A DNA stretch of 49,049 bases, from contig NC_068982.1 in the NCBI RefSeq assembly GCF_001194135.2, positions 74,959,649 to 75,008,697 on the forward strand. The letters run 5' to 3'. The notes below the pieces were generated by a model. The model was not told the DNA's origin. It made no database searches and was given only the letters and a program-made list of their open reading frames with translations. This DNA is from Octopus bimaculoides (Eukaryota). Made by a program: the position numbers and the translations under genes. Below are positions 12,376-25,502 of the stretch, in pieces; position 1 is the stretch's first letter, and the number at the start of each line of letters is the position of its first letter.

Positions 12376-12793
12376 AGGTGCAAGCGTAGAAAGAACCTTG
12401 CTTCCCAACCACATGGTTCCAGGTTCAGTTCCACTGCGTGGCACCTTGGGCAAGTGCCTTCTATAGTCTCAAGCTGATTAAAGCCTTGTGAGTGGATTTG
12501 GTAGATAGAAACTGAAAGAAACCCATCATATATATATATATATATATATTTTTAAGTATGTATCTATATCTATCTATGTGTGTGTGTCTTTATGCCTGTT
12601 TGTCCCCCCACCCCACTGCTTGACAACCAGTGTTAGTGTGTTTGCATCTTCGTAACTTAGCAGTTCGGCCAAAGTGACAGATAGAATAAGTACCAGGCTT
12701 AAAAAATAAGTCTTGGGGCCGATTCATTTGACTAAAACTTCAAAGTGGTACCCCAACATGACCACAGTCTAATGACTGAAAAAAGATAAAAGA
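12376..12793 (+). mobile_element. tRNA-derived SINE ending in gactgaaa-(aaagaat)n
   Basis: B-box-like ggttcagttcc, CORE-like ggcaccttgggcaagtg, internal microsatellite. Collinear copies at ~21122-21470, 39915-40110 and 42025-42215 (+), and 23775-24165 and 25503-25907 (-). May correspond to the described octopus OK/OR SINE families (not verified). Confidence 0.8.
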
Positions 12794-12832
12794 TAGTGAG
12801 AGAGAGATGTGTGATCTTTATCCATATTCATA

Positions 12833-13929
12833 CAGGGTTGGACAAAATAATGGGAACACTTAGCATCATAATTTTAAAATATCTATAAAACCGTCAAAAG
12901 CCTGTTTATTTTTATGTTTTTTTTATTTATTATAGTATTGCTTAATATGTTTTGCTAAAATTGCTGTTTCTTTTCAGATATCATCAGAAAAAGTTAATTA
13001 AAATGACAGATCTATTGGACTTTCAAAGAGGTCAAATTGTTCGTGCTCGTATGGCAGACGCTAACGTGACGATATCAGTCAAAATGTTTGGTGTATCAAG
13101 AAGTACTGTCTCGAAAGTAATGACAGCCTTTGAGAAAGAGGGAAAAAACCTCCTCGTCGAAACAAAACTCTGGAAGAAAACCAAAACTTTCAGATAGGGA
13201 CTGTCGGACCCTTACACGAATTGTTAGAAAGGATCACAAAAGTACAGCTCCCAAAATTACTGCAGAGCTTAATGACCACCTTGAGAACCCAGTTTCCACA
13301 AAAACTGTTCGCCAGGAGCTGNNNNNNNNNNNNNNNNNNNNNNNNNNNNNNNNNNNNNNNNNNNNNNNNNNNNNNNNNNNNNNNNNNNNNNNNNNNNNNN
13401 NNNNNNNNNNNNNNNNNNNNNNNNNNNNNNNNNNNNNNNNNNNNNNNNNNNNNNNNNNNNNNNNNNNNNNNNNNNNNNNNNNNNNNNNNNNNNNNNNNNN
13501 NNNNNNNNNNNNNNNNNNNNNATTCATCCTATGGTTGCAGAACTGTTTCCAGAGAGAAATGCAATCTTTCAGGATGATAATGCACCAATTCACACAGCTA
13601 AAGCTGTTACTGAATGGCACGAGGAACATTCTAGTGAAGTTGAACATCTTATCTGGCCACCACAGTCCCCAGATCTCAATATTAATGAACATTTATGGTG
13701 CATTTTAGAAAAACAAGGAGTCAATATTCTCTTCCATCATCACTATAAGAACTGGAGACTGTTTTAGCTGAAGAATGGACAAAAATTCCTTTGGAAACAA
13801 TTCAAACTTTGTATGAGTCCATACCTCATAGAATTCAAGCTGTAATTACTGCCAAAGCAGTCCTACCCCATATTAAAATAAATTTGCTTGAAATTTTTTA
13901 GGTGTTCCCATTATTTTGTCCAACCCCTG
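12833..13929 (+). mobile_element. Decayed Tc1-family transposon with DD36E spacing
   Basis: TA|CAGGG(G)TTGGACAAAATAATGGGAACAC TIRs at both ends with TA TSD. Frameshifted transposase has an HTH (FQRGQIVRAR..FGVSRSTVSKV), GRKPKL, QDDNAPIH and WPPQSPDLNINEHLW. Confidence 0.92.
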
Positions 13930-14810
13930 TATATACATTCACACACATATGCTCAAAGGACAGGTGTTTAGCTACATTCCTCTATGTTCTCGGAACAAAT
14001 CCTACTTAGATCAGCATTGCCTTTTATCATTCTGATGCCACCAAAGTAAGTAACAGTCAATTTACTGGTTTGCACTCTTCAAGATGGTATGCCAGAATGG
14101 CCACAGACCAATAATCTGAAAGCAGTAACAATATACAAAACACTTAAAACGTCTGACATTTACAGACCCTCAAAGGTAACCCTACAATACATGACAGAAA
14201 GTAAGCTTAGGTTAATCTGACAACCAAAGATTCACTGCTGATTAACAAAAACCTCATGAATCTATTTAATACTTATTTACCAGAAAAGACCAGAAGTTGG
14301 TAACTGTATATTCCTCCACCATACCAGTGCCAAGCAATTAGTTTATATTGAAAGTTGACCCTGCATCTACATATATAAATGCAGGCTTGAGAAAGAATTT
14401 TACAGGAAGACTGATATTCTTTCATACATTCAAGTCTCACCTCTCTATACCATCAATGTTTATCCAAAGTGAAAGCCACTGACTTGGACCGATACAGTTT
14501 GGCACCAGTTTCATTACAATTGTTGCTCTCAGAACATTAAGAGCTGGAACAGATACCAAAAGACATCTAGCCCAACTCTTCAACATTTCCACCAGTCCAC
14601 CATCACCATCATTTAATATCCACTTTTCAATGCTTTGTTGAGACAGATAATTTATGGTCTGATGCCCTTCCTGCCACCAACCCTCACCTGCTTCCAGGCA
14701 AGGTAATATTTCCCCCGACCAGAAATATTTTCCATGGAAGACTAGAAATGAACATCACTTGTATGAAGTTTACAACCATCACACGATGTCAAGGCATAGG
14801 TACACATGCA

Positions 14811-14949
<139 letters not shown>

Positions 14950-14959
14950 ATAGTTCAAA

Positions 14960-15100
14960 TGTACAAAAAACAAAAGGCAGAGACAGGTGAGGGAACAACA
15001 AGCAGGATGTATTAGTTTGATGTTAGGGAAAATGGAAAAGTCTTTGATATTTTGAGCCCGTACTCTTCCACAGAAAAGAATGGAGAAAGAAAAAAAATGT
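14960..15100 (-). repeat. Degenerate copy of the 48127-48310 repeat
   Basis: gtattagtttgatgttagggaaaatggaaaagtctttgatattttgagcccgtactcttccacagaaaag aligns by eye to 48190-48258. Confidence 0.6.
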
Positions 15101-15882
15101 GTCAGGATACACACACACATACAATATGCTACTTTCTTAGTTTGCATGGAGCTATAACTGAAAACACTTGCCCAAGGTGCTACCCAGTGGGACTACCCAA
15201 GGAAATGATGAAAAGCAAAGGTGGCTTCACTAGGATTTGAAATCCACATTCTATCCAACATTCTAATGATCTACCAATTCATCAGCACCAAATCACTATG
15301 ACTCAGTTTAACCTGATGACAGCAGCAATAAGCTCCACAGCTCCTTCTCCCCCGACCCACCTTAATGACTTTATATTACTGTCATACTGTCTTCAGCTTT
15401 TTTTTATTATTGACTGGCTGTTTATTGTCAATCCAACACTCGGAACGTTTTTGAGATCCAATAAATACATTATCAATTAAATACTTGCAAATTATGAATT
15501 CTGATCCAGTGATTATGTATTTGCTGTATTCATGTAATGCTATACTGCCTCCAACTGGTATGAACAACACAGTGTTTAAGTATGAATGATCCAGGACTTG
15601 GAATGCTTCCAAGATCGAATAGACTTGAAACAAATAGTAACAATCAAATTGAATGACAACTATAAGTGGGGAAAACTTGACCTTTTTGTTACCATATAGC
15701 AATTTAAACCTATTATTTTCAGAATAATGAAAAATTTAATAAAATAACCTTATCATTATTTAATGTTTGAAACATAAATTAACATGAAATTTTGATGGAA
15801 GGTTTTACATTTAGACCATTTTAAAACACAAAGTTTGTATCACAAGATCAGAGGCAGATTCATATGGGATTGTATAAAAAAG

Positions 15883-16502
15883 GGATCTATTTCAAAACGG
15901 GGGCACCAGTTTTCATTTATGTTTTATGTAGTGTTTTTGGTACCGAAAGACTTTCAAACTTCGTATACTTTTCTATTTTGTGTTATAGAACAGAAAAAAA
16001 TTTTTGTATTCGAATTTATTTCATGTAAAAAAATTGTCTTATTTCGATAATTTCTACTAATCACTGACGTCTATTCAGTTGAAAACAGTTAGCGCTGTAA
16101 CGGTGTATATCGTATTAATCCCCTAACCCTAACTAGACTGTTAACCCTAACCCTAACTCTAGAATCCGAACTCTAAAATTGTTACACACATAGATACGCA
16201 CAGCGTAATTTATTATATAAACAATATATGCGTATAAATTACGATTAAACTGGATGAAATATGTCACAGGGAATAACATTTTTATGACCGCCAGCAGTAA
16301 CTCTATTCAGCTGAATAGACGTCAGTGATTAGTTGAAATTACAGAAATACGACAACTTTAACATGGAATAACTTGCGATGTACGTTTTTTTGTTAAGAAG
16401 ACTAAGAGTAAAAGATGTTTTATATGACACATTCTACCAGTGTCCCAAGTTTCAAAGTGTTTCGTTAGGAAAATACTGGTGCCCCCGTTTTGAAATAGAT
16501 CC
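15883..16502. mobile_element. Non-autonomous TIR element with GG termini, 8-bp TSD and internal CCCTAA repeats
   Basis: GGATCTATTTCAAAACGGGGGCACCAGT TIR is perfect at both ends. TSD TAAAAAAG at 15875-15882 and 16503-16510. Inner inverted repeat ctaatcactgacgtctattcag. Confidence 0.88.
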
Positions 16503-16528
16503 TAAAAAAGGGTATAGAAATATTTGTC

Positions 16529-16845
16529 CAGTGTTTTTCAACCATTTTTTTGCCTATGGACCCCTTGGGCTCCTTTAATACTAAGACAGACCCGCCTACC
16601 TATGCAATGTTTATAAAATCATATATTTTTATAATATGATTCTATAAACATTGCATGGCTAGGAGGGTCTATCTTAGTATTAAAGGAACCTAAGGGGTCA
16701 ATAGGCAAAAAAAAATTAATAAATAAATATTAGGAACTGTATTTTAAAAATAGTTAAAATAGTTTGTGCATTGCAGAAGTATAACCAATTTATTGCACAT
16801 TAATTTTAACTACTAAATTTTAGATGGACCCCTGTTGAGAACTGA
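16529..16845. mobile_element. hAT-type MITE with a long internal hairpin
   Basis: CAGTGTTTTTCAACC left end, degenerate gttgagaactg right end, approximate 8-bp TSD tatttgtc/tatttgtt, palindrome at 16543-16712. Confidence 0.7.
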
Positions 16846-18051
16846 TATTTGTTAAATGATAATTAATAGACTTGCAATCTGTTTTTCTCTCTTTGGTGCA
16901 TTACGTTCATCATTATATAAATTAACTTAATCTTTCCCATACGATCAGTTTGAAAGAATTAGATTATTACACAGACACCATCATACAAATCCAGGATTTT
17001 TAAACAACATTTTGTTGTACAGCTTTTAGTCCAACCTTATAGAGCTAAGCAAAAACTTCACAAATAAGTTTAAATCAATATAGTTACAACAGAAATTGGT
17101 GAAAGTTAGGGCTACTTGACAGTTAACGTTTGCAGAAGGAACACTTTCATGTGAATAAAAATCAAAAACATCTCAAAGTACAATACACTGTCAGGATTCT
17201 ATGAATGAAATCTCAAGGATACATATTTGCAAATGAATAAAACAAAGATTCCACATCACATCATTCACAAGCGAGTTTGATATGGTAACATGCACCATAC
17301 TTTCACTAAACGTTTTGGTACCTATATACCAGACCTTGATACCCTCTTGTCCTTTCCACCATTGACACAGCGAGGCAGAAAGGACTGCACCAGCACTAAA
17401 GTATCATTCATTTTACCTGAGTAGACTAGAGCGACATGAAATGAAATGTCTTGTTTAAGAACACAATACGCCACAAGGTGCAGGAATCGAATTACCAATC
17501 TTTATGAATCAAACACTCTAACCACCAAGCCATCAATAAACAAATTAAATCAGTTTCGGGAGGAAATTTCCCTGTCGAAGAGCAAAGAAGTAAATAAAGG
17601 AATATAATAAATTCTAGTAAATGGTTCAGAGATGTCTGCTAGAGAAAAAATAATGTTTGTGTTCCTTTAATCTAAAAAAAAAAAAAAAAAAAAAANNNNN
17701 NNNNNNNNNNNNNNNNNNNNNNNNNNNNNNNNNNNNNNNNNNNNNNNNNNNNNNNNNNNNNNNNNNNNNNNNNNNNNNACTTTCTATTAATTTCATTTTG
17801 TATAAAATATAAAGAAATAAGATATTTTAAAACAAACATTTACTGATGTAAATCACTGGATTATGTCAGTCGTAAAAATACCACAAAATACGATACACAA
17901 ATGCGGATAAATGTATTGCTACATACAAAAAAATAACAAAAATATATTATCATTAAAGATTTTGTGGCAGTAGACTATGGAAGCCAATAATGATATAATT
18001 TCGATAACTTGATACGAAAGAGAAAAGTGATTTCGTTTGACAAGGCCATTT

Positions 18052-18084
<33 letters not shown>

Positions 18085-18748
18085 GGAGCAAATATACTCG
18101 TCCCTGATTTTCTTATTTCCAAAGCCAATGAGACAAAGATCGACAAGAATATCATCTTCCTGCGGGATTTAAATTAGGAAAGAGATATTTTTAAAACTGG
18201 CACCAGACCAGAAATTTGTTGCGAAGATATAATACTCGATTCGATGATCGTTTTATTGATCTCCAGTGGCAGGTGTGAAGGAGGGCAGGTGATCGAAAGG
18301 TAAAGTCGATTACGATGGGTTTGAAATCAGAACAGGGAAGGGAAACACGAGCTGAACAACATAGCGATCGTCACTCTAGTCACTGCACAAGTTTCTGTCA
18401 ATCTAATAATACTTTGAGATAATAAAAATATTTCATACACCAGCAGGAAACTTTAATATTTTACGTAACAAAAAAAAAGACATATCGGAAGATACGATGT
18501 GCAAGTTTCTCCCAGGAGTTTGTAAAAGGAAATAGCACAAGCTAGGATCCGAAACCAATTCGTAAAATTTGGATCACTGAGCATGTCTCACTGTAAACAG
18601 TTGTTTTTATTATCATAAGACGGTAGTAAAATAAAAAATTTAAAAAAAAAAAAATCTCGGCTATATTCAAAGTAAAAATAAAGTGTGACGGATAAAATCT
18701 TTAAAAACATAAACCGGCAGCATATTAATTACATACACATACACTTAC

Positions 18749-18978
18749 ACAGGCACCTGTTGGTTACAAACGATATGATTGAATAAATTGAAACAGTTTT
18801 GACGGAGAAGGTTAACAGTAGTGAAGTAAAAGATGAAGAAAGGAGCAAGGATGTCACAATGACACGACTCCACCTCGGTCAGTGATTTTGGGTGTGGTCG
18901 ACCATTTATACATTCAGTCCGCGTTGCAGCAAAAAAAAAAAAAATGCCATTCACCTCCTTTACGTTGTATCTACACAT
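18749..18978 (-). other. Candidate intronic alternative first exon with a phase-2 open frame
   Basis: Donor CCTGT|gtaagt at 18749 truncates the 18745-18978 ORF in phase 2, the phase needed to join the missing DPYV exon. It lies in a CpG-richer, repeat-poor region (~17900-19400). Confidence 0.35.
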
Positions 18979-20886
18979 CTACACACGCGCGCATACATTT
19001 ATATATAAAACAGATCATACAAAATATATGATACACACGCGCACACACACAAAACAACTTTCAAGACCACTAACAATAACACAGCAGCAGCAGCATGGCG
19101 CAATGCGTTTGTGTCCATCTGGCTTCATAGAACTGATATATTTTCAGAATATGTTACTTAAAGATTTCCATAGGCTAGCAAACTGTCGCATCGTTCATTC
19201 AACCAAGTAAAACCGATCACCAGAAGCAAAATAGTTCAGTTAACGTCATTTGCCATGAATATATATCAAGTGATCAAAGACTCTCTGGATGGGGAAGTTG
19301 GTCGGTGGAAGCCAGTCACACTGACATCACCTACCGACACAGGACAGCCATCAACTGCACGACACACACAAGCAGTTGACAGTGTGTATTGGGAGAATTA
19401 ATATAATACATACATATTATAATAATTATTGGAGAAAAAATAGTACATGTGACTTGATATGACAGTCAAACTACCTAACATGCAAACAACTGTAGGTTTA
19501 TAAACATCTTCCACGCTGCAATTGCTGTTGTATGGATGGAGCTAAGTGCAAATTATATGTGGTCCCTTCACTTGGGTGTGGTATGAAATGAATGTTTATA
19601 CTCTACATACTAGTATTGATTTTGTGTGTGTGTGTGCGTGCGCGCACAAGTACACAAGGTGATTTTTTTTAAAACAGTTTCCTGCAGTCAATCATAAGAC
19701 CTCAATTATATCTCATCTTTGTCAACACAAACGTAAGCAAGCGCACAAGATTGAGGTTTGATTAAAATAACGATTGAGAGCAGACATCCTCGAAAGCAAA
19801 TTAATCGACAGGAGCCAGTCAATTAGACCGCCCTAAAACTTGACTGACATTTAATATAAGGGAATGAAATGTGAAGTCGTTAAGGATAAGAGGAATTTCG
19901 TCTGGTGCAGCGTGGCTGAATGGTAAGGAAGCTCGCTTCGCTATCGACAAGATCCCAGGTTCGATCCCATTCTGTGGCATCTATCTAACTCTAGTGAGTA
20001 AAACTTGGTAGAAGTCATCAGATAGTTGATTGTACCTACACTTCGAAGGCTTTGTCTCATACTGCGACACTGCGTCACCTGATTTTAGGTTAATTCGATT
20101 GATCAAACAACTGAATCCACATCATTAAACAGAGATCCTTTTCGTTGGTGCCTCAACTATCGACTGCACTTAAAAATAATAAATTTCATAAGGCTGAATG
20201 GCAAAACCAACTATAATGGGACCAGATTGTAGGGTGAAAAAGTATGAAAGTAAAAACTACAAAGTTTGTTTTGCACTTGTTGAATATATGTCCAGTCATG
20301 AGGGAAATATTACCTTGTTTGGAATCAGGTGAGGGTTGGCAACAGGATGGGTAATGTCGCTATAGAAAATTTACCTCAATCAACTCCATCTGACCTTTGC
20401 AAGCATGGGAGACTGGAGAAAAAAAAACATTTGTATGATGGAGATATTTGTTTACAACCACCATACAATGTCAAGACAATGAGACATAAACACACAACAT
20501 ATATACTTATAAATATGAATGCAAGCTTTTTAGTTTCAATCAACCAAATTCAGTCACAAAGCTTTTAAATATACATGTGCTTATATATATGTAAGTAAAT
20601 CTTATTGCCTTTTGGACATGCACTTATTTTATATACATCAGCAATGACTTTCTCACTGGTAATGTCTTCCCCAAATATTGCAAAATTGTAATTCTTTTTC
20701 CTCAAATAAATTGCACTTAATATTCAAGGCTCTGATGAAGCTACAGAATATTATTCAGGCACTCAACCAAGAGTCCACTGCATTTTATAGCAGAAACAGT
20801 TGTAAGCTAATGAAGTTCATAACATAACCACTGCTTTTCTTGTGTCATCTTTTTCTTACACACACATGCATGCATACATACATATA

Positions 20887-21110
20887 CAGTAATCCCTCGA
20901 CCACTGCAGGTGTTACGTTCCAAAAAACCTACACGATAGGTGAAAATCCACGAAGTAGAAACAGTACTGTACTGTATATTTTGTTTTATTATTTTTATAA
21001 TTTGTATATATTTATTTTATCATAAATGCAAAACAACACCACAGAGAAATCGATGTAAGCTTAAGTAATAAACCAGGATAGGTGAACAGTGATATGGCAA
21101 GGGATTACTG
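20887..21110. mobile_element. Tigger/pogo-type MITE
   Basis: TA|CAGTAATCCCT...AGGGATTACTG|TA. Confidence 0.8.
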
Positions 21111-21665
21111 TATATTTATATAGGCACAGGCATGGCTGTGTGGTAAGAAGCTTGCTTCCCAACCACATGATTCCAGGTTCAGTTCCACTGCATGGCACTT
21201 GTTAGTGGATTTAGTAAATGGAAACTGAAAGAAGCCTGTCGTGTATATTATGTGTGTGTCTTTGTCAGTTCTCCTTCATCACTACTTGACAACTGGTATT
21301 GGTGTGTTTACATTCCCGTAACTTAGTGGTACAGCAAAAACAGACCAATAGAATAAGTAGCAGGCTTTAAAAAGAAAAAATGTACTAGAGTTGATTCATT
21401 CAACAAAAAACCCTGTAAGTTGGTGCGCCAGCATGACTGCAGTCAAATGACTGAAAATAAAAATAAAAGAATATCTATATATATATGCATGGCTGTATGA
21501 TTAAGAAGCTAGTTTTCCTCAGAAATGTGCTTGGCTGAGGGTTGACAACAAGAAGGGTATGGAACCATAGAAAAGCTGCCTCAAACAAATTCCATCGGCT
21601 TGGAAAAGTGGGCATTAAATGATTATATAAAAATCAGCAATTCATTACCTAAGCAAAAGGACTGC

Positions 21666-21707
<42 letters not shown>

Positions 21708-22929
21708 TTATTATGTGTTATTTTCAACAACTTGTAAAATGTTGTCTGGGCAGTTAGATCAATGTTCTCACATGACCTCGATGTGTGACAATAATTATAA
21801 CCTGAAAATGAACAGTAAATCAGTTGTGTTGTATGTAAGGTTTGATTGAACTCAATCTATACAGGTGAGAAATTTTATAGGACCTCATAAAATCTCATCA
21901 ACACATTATAAGCTGAACTTGGCAATCTACCTCAAGCAACCCCAATGTTTATCTCTTCTCCCATCTCTTTAACATGCTTTGCGTTCCTTCCTCTGAGACA
22001 CATTAATTCAAGTAGATATAATATTCAAACAAACAAATTTAAACAGGTCCTAAGGAAATTTTAAGAAATATTACAAAATATTTGTTTATGAAAATACATT
22101 TAACATCACCATTTATGATATATAGATAGATAGTTAATTACTAATAATTTTAATAATCAGATGTTAGAGTTATTCTGTAACTTACACACACACGCATATA
22201 TGAACTATAACCTAAGAAAGATGAAAAGTTTTTATATACATATACATGAAGGGTTGCTGAAAATTTCCTGGCTTTAAGGGTATTGCAAAAGGCCTGGTTG
22301 GAGTCCCAGCCTTCCAAGTTTTTTTACAGGACTTAGAAAAATTGAAGAACCACATCAATAAATGTGTGAATCTAAGAGGGGAATATGTTGAATAAGATAA
22401 TTAATTGATCCTCCTGCATTTTCTTTCAAGCAAAGCCAGGAACTTTTCAGCACCCCCTCCTCTGTGTGTGTGTGTGTGTATATTAATATTTTGCAAAAGC
22501 ATAAATTTTAATAAAGATATTAATAAAGAAATATGTATATATATACTCATGTTTTGAGTTCTATTTTTCCTGTTTGCATCACTAAGCATATATAGGTAAA
22601 CTTATTCACCATTTAATATAGAAATATTCCTCTGCTCTGAATGTTTAGATGCTAACCCCAATGATACATATGACTCTCAACAATAGCTACACTGGTAGAA
22701 AACTTTTCAAAACTTTATTGCAATGCTACCAGTCAATGGACAAGATATCAAGCTGAATCCCTTCATTAATTACCTATCACCAAAAGTGTTCGAACATGTA
22801 ACTGGTGTGTCTACTATATGTGATACTGCTATAAATGCTCTGCAGGCTATATACATCAGCGCAAAGGATAAAGTAAATGTGTAGCATGCTTCGGTTACTC
22901 ATCAGCAAGATTTTAATAAATCACTAGAC

Positions 22930-23252
22930 CAGTGGTTCTCAACCAGGATCCATGTAAGATTTTTGGGAGTCCACACAACAAAATAGTAAATTGGGGATCC
23001 TCAGTAGTATCTTAAAGGTCCCTGAAAAAATTTTGCTTTAGATGTATGTATTGATATGTACTGCAAGAAACAGGCTTCTTTCTCTAACATTTTACAATAG
23101 TTCAACCAACATAGGTCAATGTATGAAAAACAAAATAGTAATTTTAAAAGACACTTCTATGAAACTAGTTTTTAAACATAGAATGGCTATGGGGGTCCAC
23201 CAGAATAAAATAGTCATCAAAGGGATTCCCAGATAAAAAAAATTGTTAAGAA
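22930..23252 (+). mobile_element. hAT-type MITE of the same family as 42538-42828; right TIR interrupted by a SINE head
   Basis: CAGTGGTTCTCAACC start and internal sequence collinear with the 42.5-kb copy. SINE head ggcgcaggagtgactgtgtgg begins at ~23253. Confidence 0.7.
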
Positions 23253-25502
23253 GGCGCAGGAGTGACTGTGTGGTAAGTAGCTTGCTTACCAACCACATGG
23301 NNNNNNNNNNNNNNNNNNNNNNNNNNNNNNNNNNNNNNNNNNNNNNNNNNNNNNNNNNNNNNNNNNNNNNNNNNNNNNNNNNNNNNNNNNNNNNNNNNNN
23401 ATCATCATTTTAACATCCACTTTCCTGTGATTGCCTAGATTAGTCAAAATTCATCAAGGAAAAATTTCTACAGCCAGATGTTCTTCTTGTCATCACTCAC
23501 ATGTAAAATAATATTTCCACTCGTCCTTCAAAAATGAGCGGTGTGGAAGGTTGGACAGGGTTTTATAGAAGATTGCAAACAAACAACATTACTTGTGTGA
23601 TGTTTACAATTAGTATGTGATGTCAAAACAAAGGAAGGCATACACACATATAATACATCATTATCATCATCACTTTAACATCCACTTTTCAATGCTTGCA
23701 TAGGTCAGAATTTGTTTTGGTGGATTTTCTATAGTTGGATGCCCCTCTTGTTACCAACTCTCACTTGTTTCATTGTAATTCTTTTATTCTTTTACTTGTT
23801 TCAGTCATTTGACTGTAGCCATGCTAGGGCACTACCTCAGAGGGTTTTAGTCAAACAAGTCAACCCCAGGACTTATTTTTTACAGAACCCAGTACTTATT
23901 CTATCGGTCTCTTTTGCCAAGCCACCAAGTTAGGGGACGAAAGCACACCAACACCAGTTGTCAAGTGGTGGTGGGAGGAACAAATACAAGCAGTCACACA
24001 CATAGATATAAATATTCATATATACGATGGGCTTCTTTCAGTTTTCATCTATCAAATCCACTCGCCAGACTTTGGTCAGCCCTAGGCTACAGCAGAAGAC
24101 ACTTGCATAAAGTACCACCCAGTGGGATTGAACCTGAACCATATGGTTGGGAATGAAGACCACCACTTACATGGTAACACTCATTTACAGCTATCACTCA
24201 AAGTCAAAGTAATGTAACAGTAACACATACATATTACACAACAGGCTTCTTTCAGTTTCTGTCTACCAAATACACTTCCAAAGTTTTGGTCAGGCAAGGA
24301 TTATAACTGAAGACAGTTGCCTAATATAACAGACACACAATGGGATTGAACCCAAGACAACATGGGTGGAACCCAAACTTCTTAACTTCACAGCCATGCC
24401 TACACCCATTCAAGTACAACTACTTCTAAGCAGGGAAATACTAAAAGAGAGAGAGAGAGAGAGTACAGAGGAAGAGTAAGCAATTCAACAACAGAAATGG
24501 GTGAGTGAGTACAAGTCACAGAAACAACTTGAGAAACAGGAGAAGCAACTGGAGAATTTCAAAATAGTATGTTCCATTTAGTATGGCATAATTAACGTCT
24601 GGGTATTTATGTACAAGATAGCATACATATTGTGTGTGTGATAAATAGGATGTAGAATACATTCACATGCAACCAATAACCAAGTGTAACCTTTGGTTAA
24701 TATATGCATCTACACACACACACACACATACATACATCATATGCATACATATCTATACACACACACACATGCACACACATATTCATACACAAACATACAC
24801 ACTTCTGCTGAATTGTTTAAATAATAGATATCAAATAAATACCAATTCCATTGTTTGGCTCATAGAAGTCACCTGCTGGTCAGTTGGGATGACATGTAGG
24901 TCAACAAATTCATCCAAATTAAATATATATGTCCGAGATGCAATCCTTGGGCACACTGGATCTTGTCAAACTGTACAACCTATGCCCACATGGAACACAG
25001 ACATTACATGATGATAATGGTGACATTTATATATATGGAGACCAGAAAACACACTTGTGTTTCAGCTACAGAGCCTTTAGTACTCACAAAACTAGCCACT
25101 CATGTTCAAGCGCTTAAATATACACAAAATAAGGTATCAAATTATAAACAATATTTAATATTTCATTCTTAGGTAAGGTGACAAGCTGGCAGAATCATTA
25201 GCACATCGAGCAAAATGCTTAGTAGCATTTTGTCTGACTTTGTGTTCCAAGTTCAAATTCCACCGAAGTCAACTTCACCTTTCTTCCCTTTCATGATCAA
25301 TAAAATAACTATCAATTGTGGTTGATGTACCAAAATTTGAAAATGATATTTTTAGGAAATATATTTTCCAATAAGTCTATAGAGTCAGTTAACTTTACTT
25401 AAACATTATATAATACAAATGTTCATTTGTCAAAATAAACTATGTAACCTCTAACCTTTTGCTCTATTAACCAAAAGGTTAAAGGTCATATCCAGTCAAT
25501 AG

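Noticed and set aside
14437-14545. Minus-strand exon candidate ending GAG|gtgaga
   Set aside because: The acceptor and most of the body lie in a degenerate SINE copy, and there is no homology to NEDD4.
15382-15702. 106-aa minus-strand ORF as a gene
   Set aside because: No recognisable domain and only a weak internal donor; compatible with chance in a 49-kb six-frame scan.
16120-16160. Interstitial telomere
   Set aside because: Only 2-3 CCCTAA units per run, and they are internal to a TIR element.
19905-19980. tRNA gene
   Set aside because: Has A/B-box-like motifs but no complete cloverleaf; it matches the SINE head seen many times in the window.
22697-22884. Plus-strand 62-codon open frame (..MLPVNGQDIKLNPFINYLSPKVFEHV..)
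   Set aside because: Poor acceptor, no recognisable homology and no linked exons.
22875-22912. Minus-strand CUGAUGAG-uaac-CGAAGCAUGCUA hammerhead-like motif
   Set aside because: GAAA lacks one A and helix I has only 2 contiguous pairs. It is single copy, and such partial matches are expected by chance in 98 kb of both strands.
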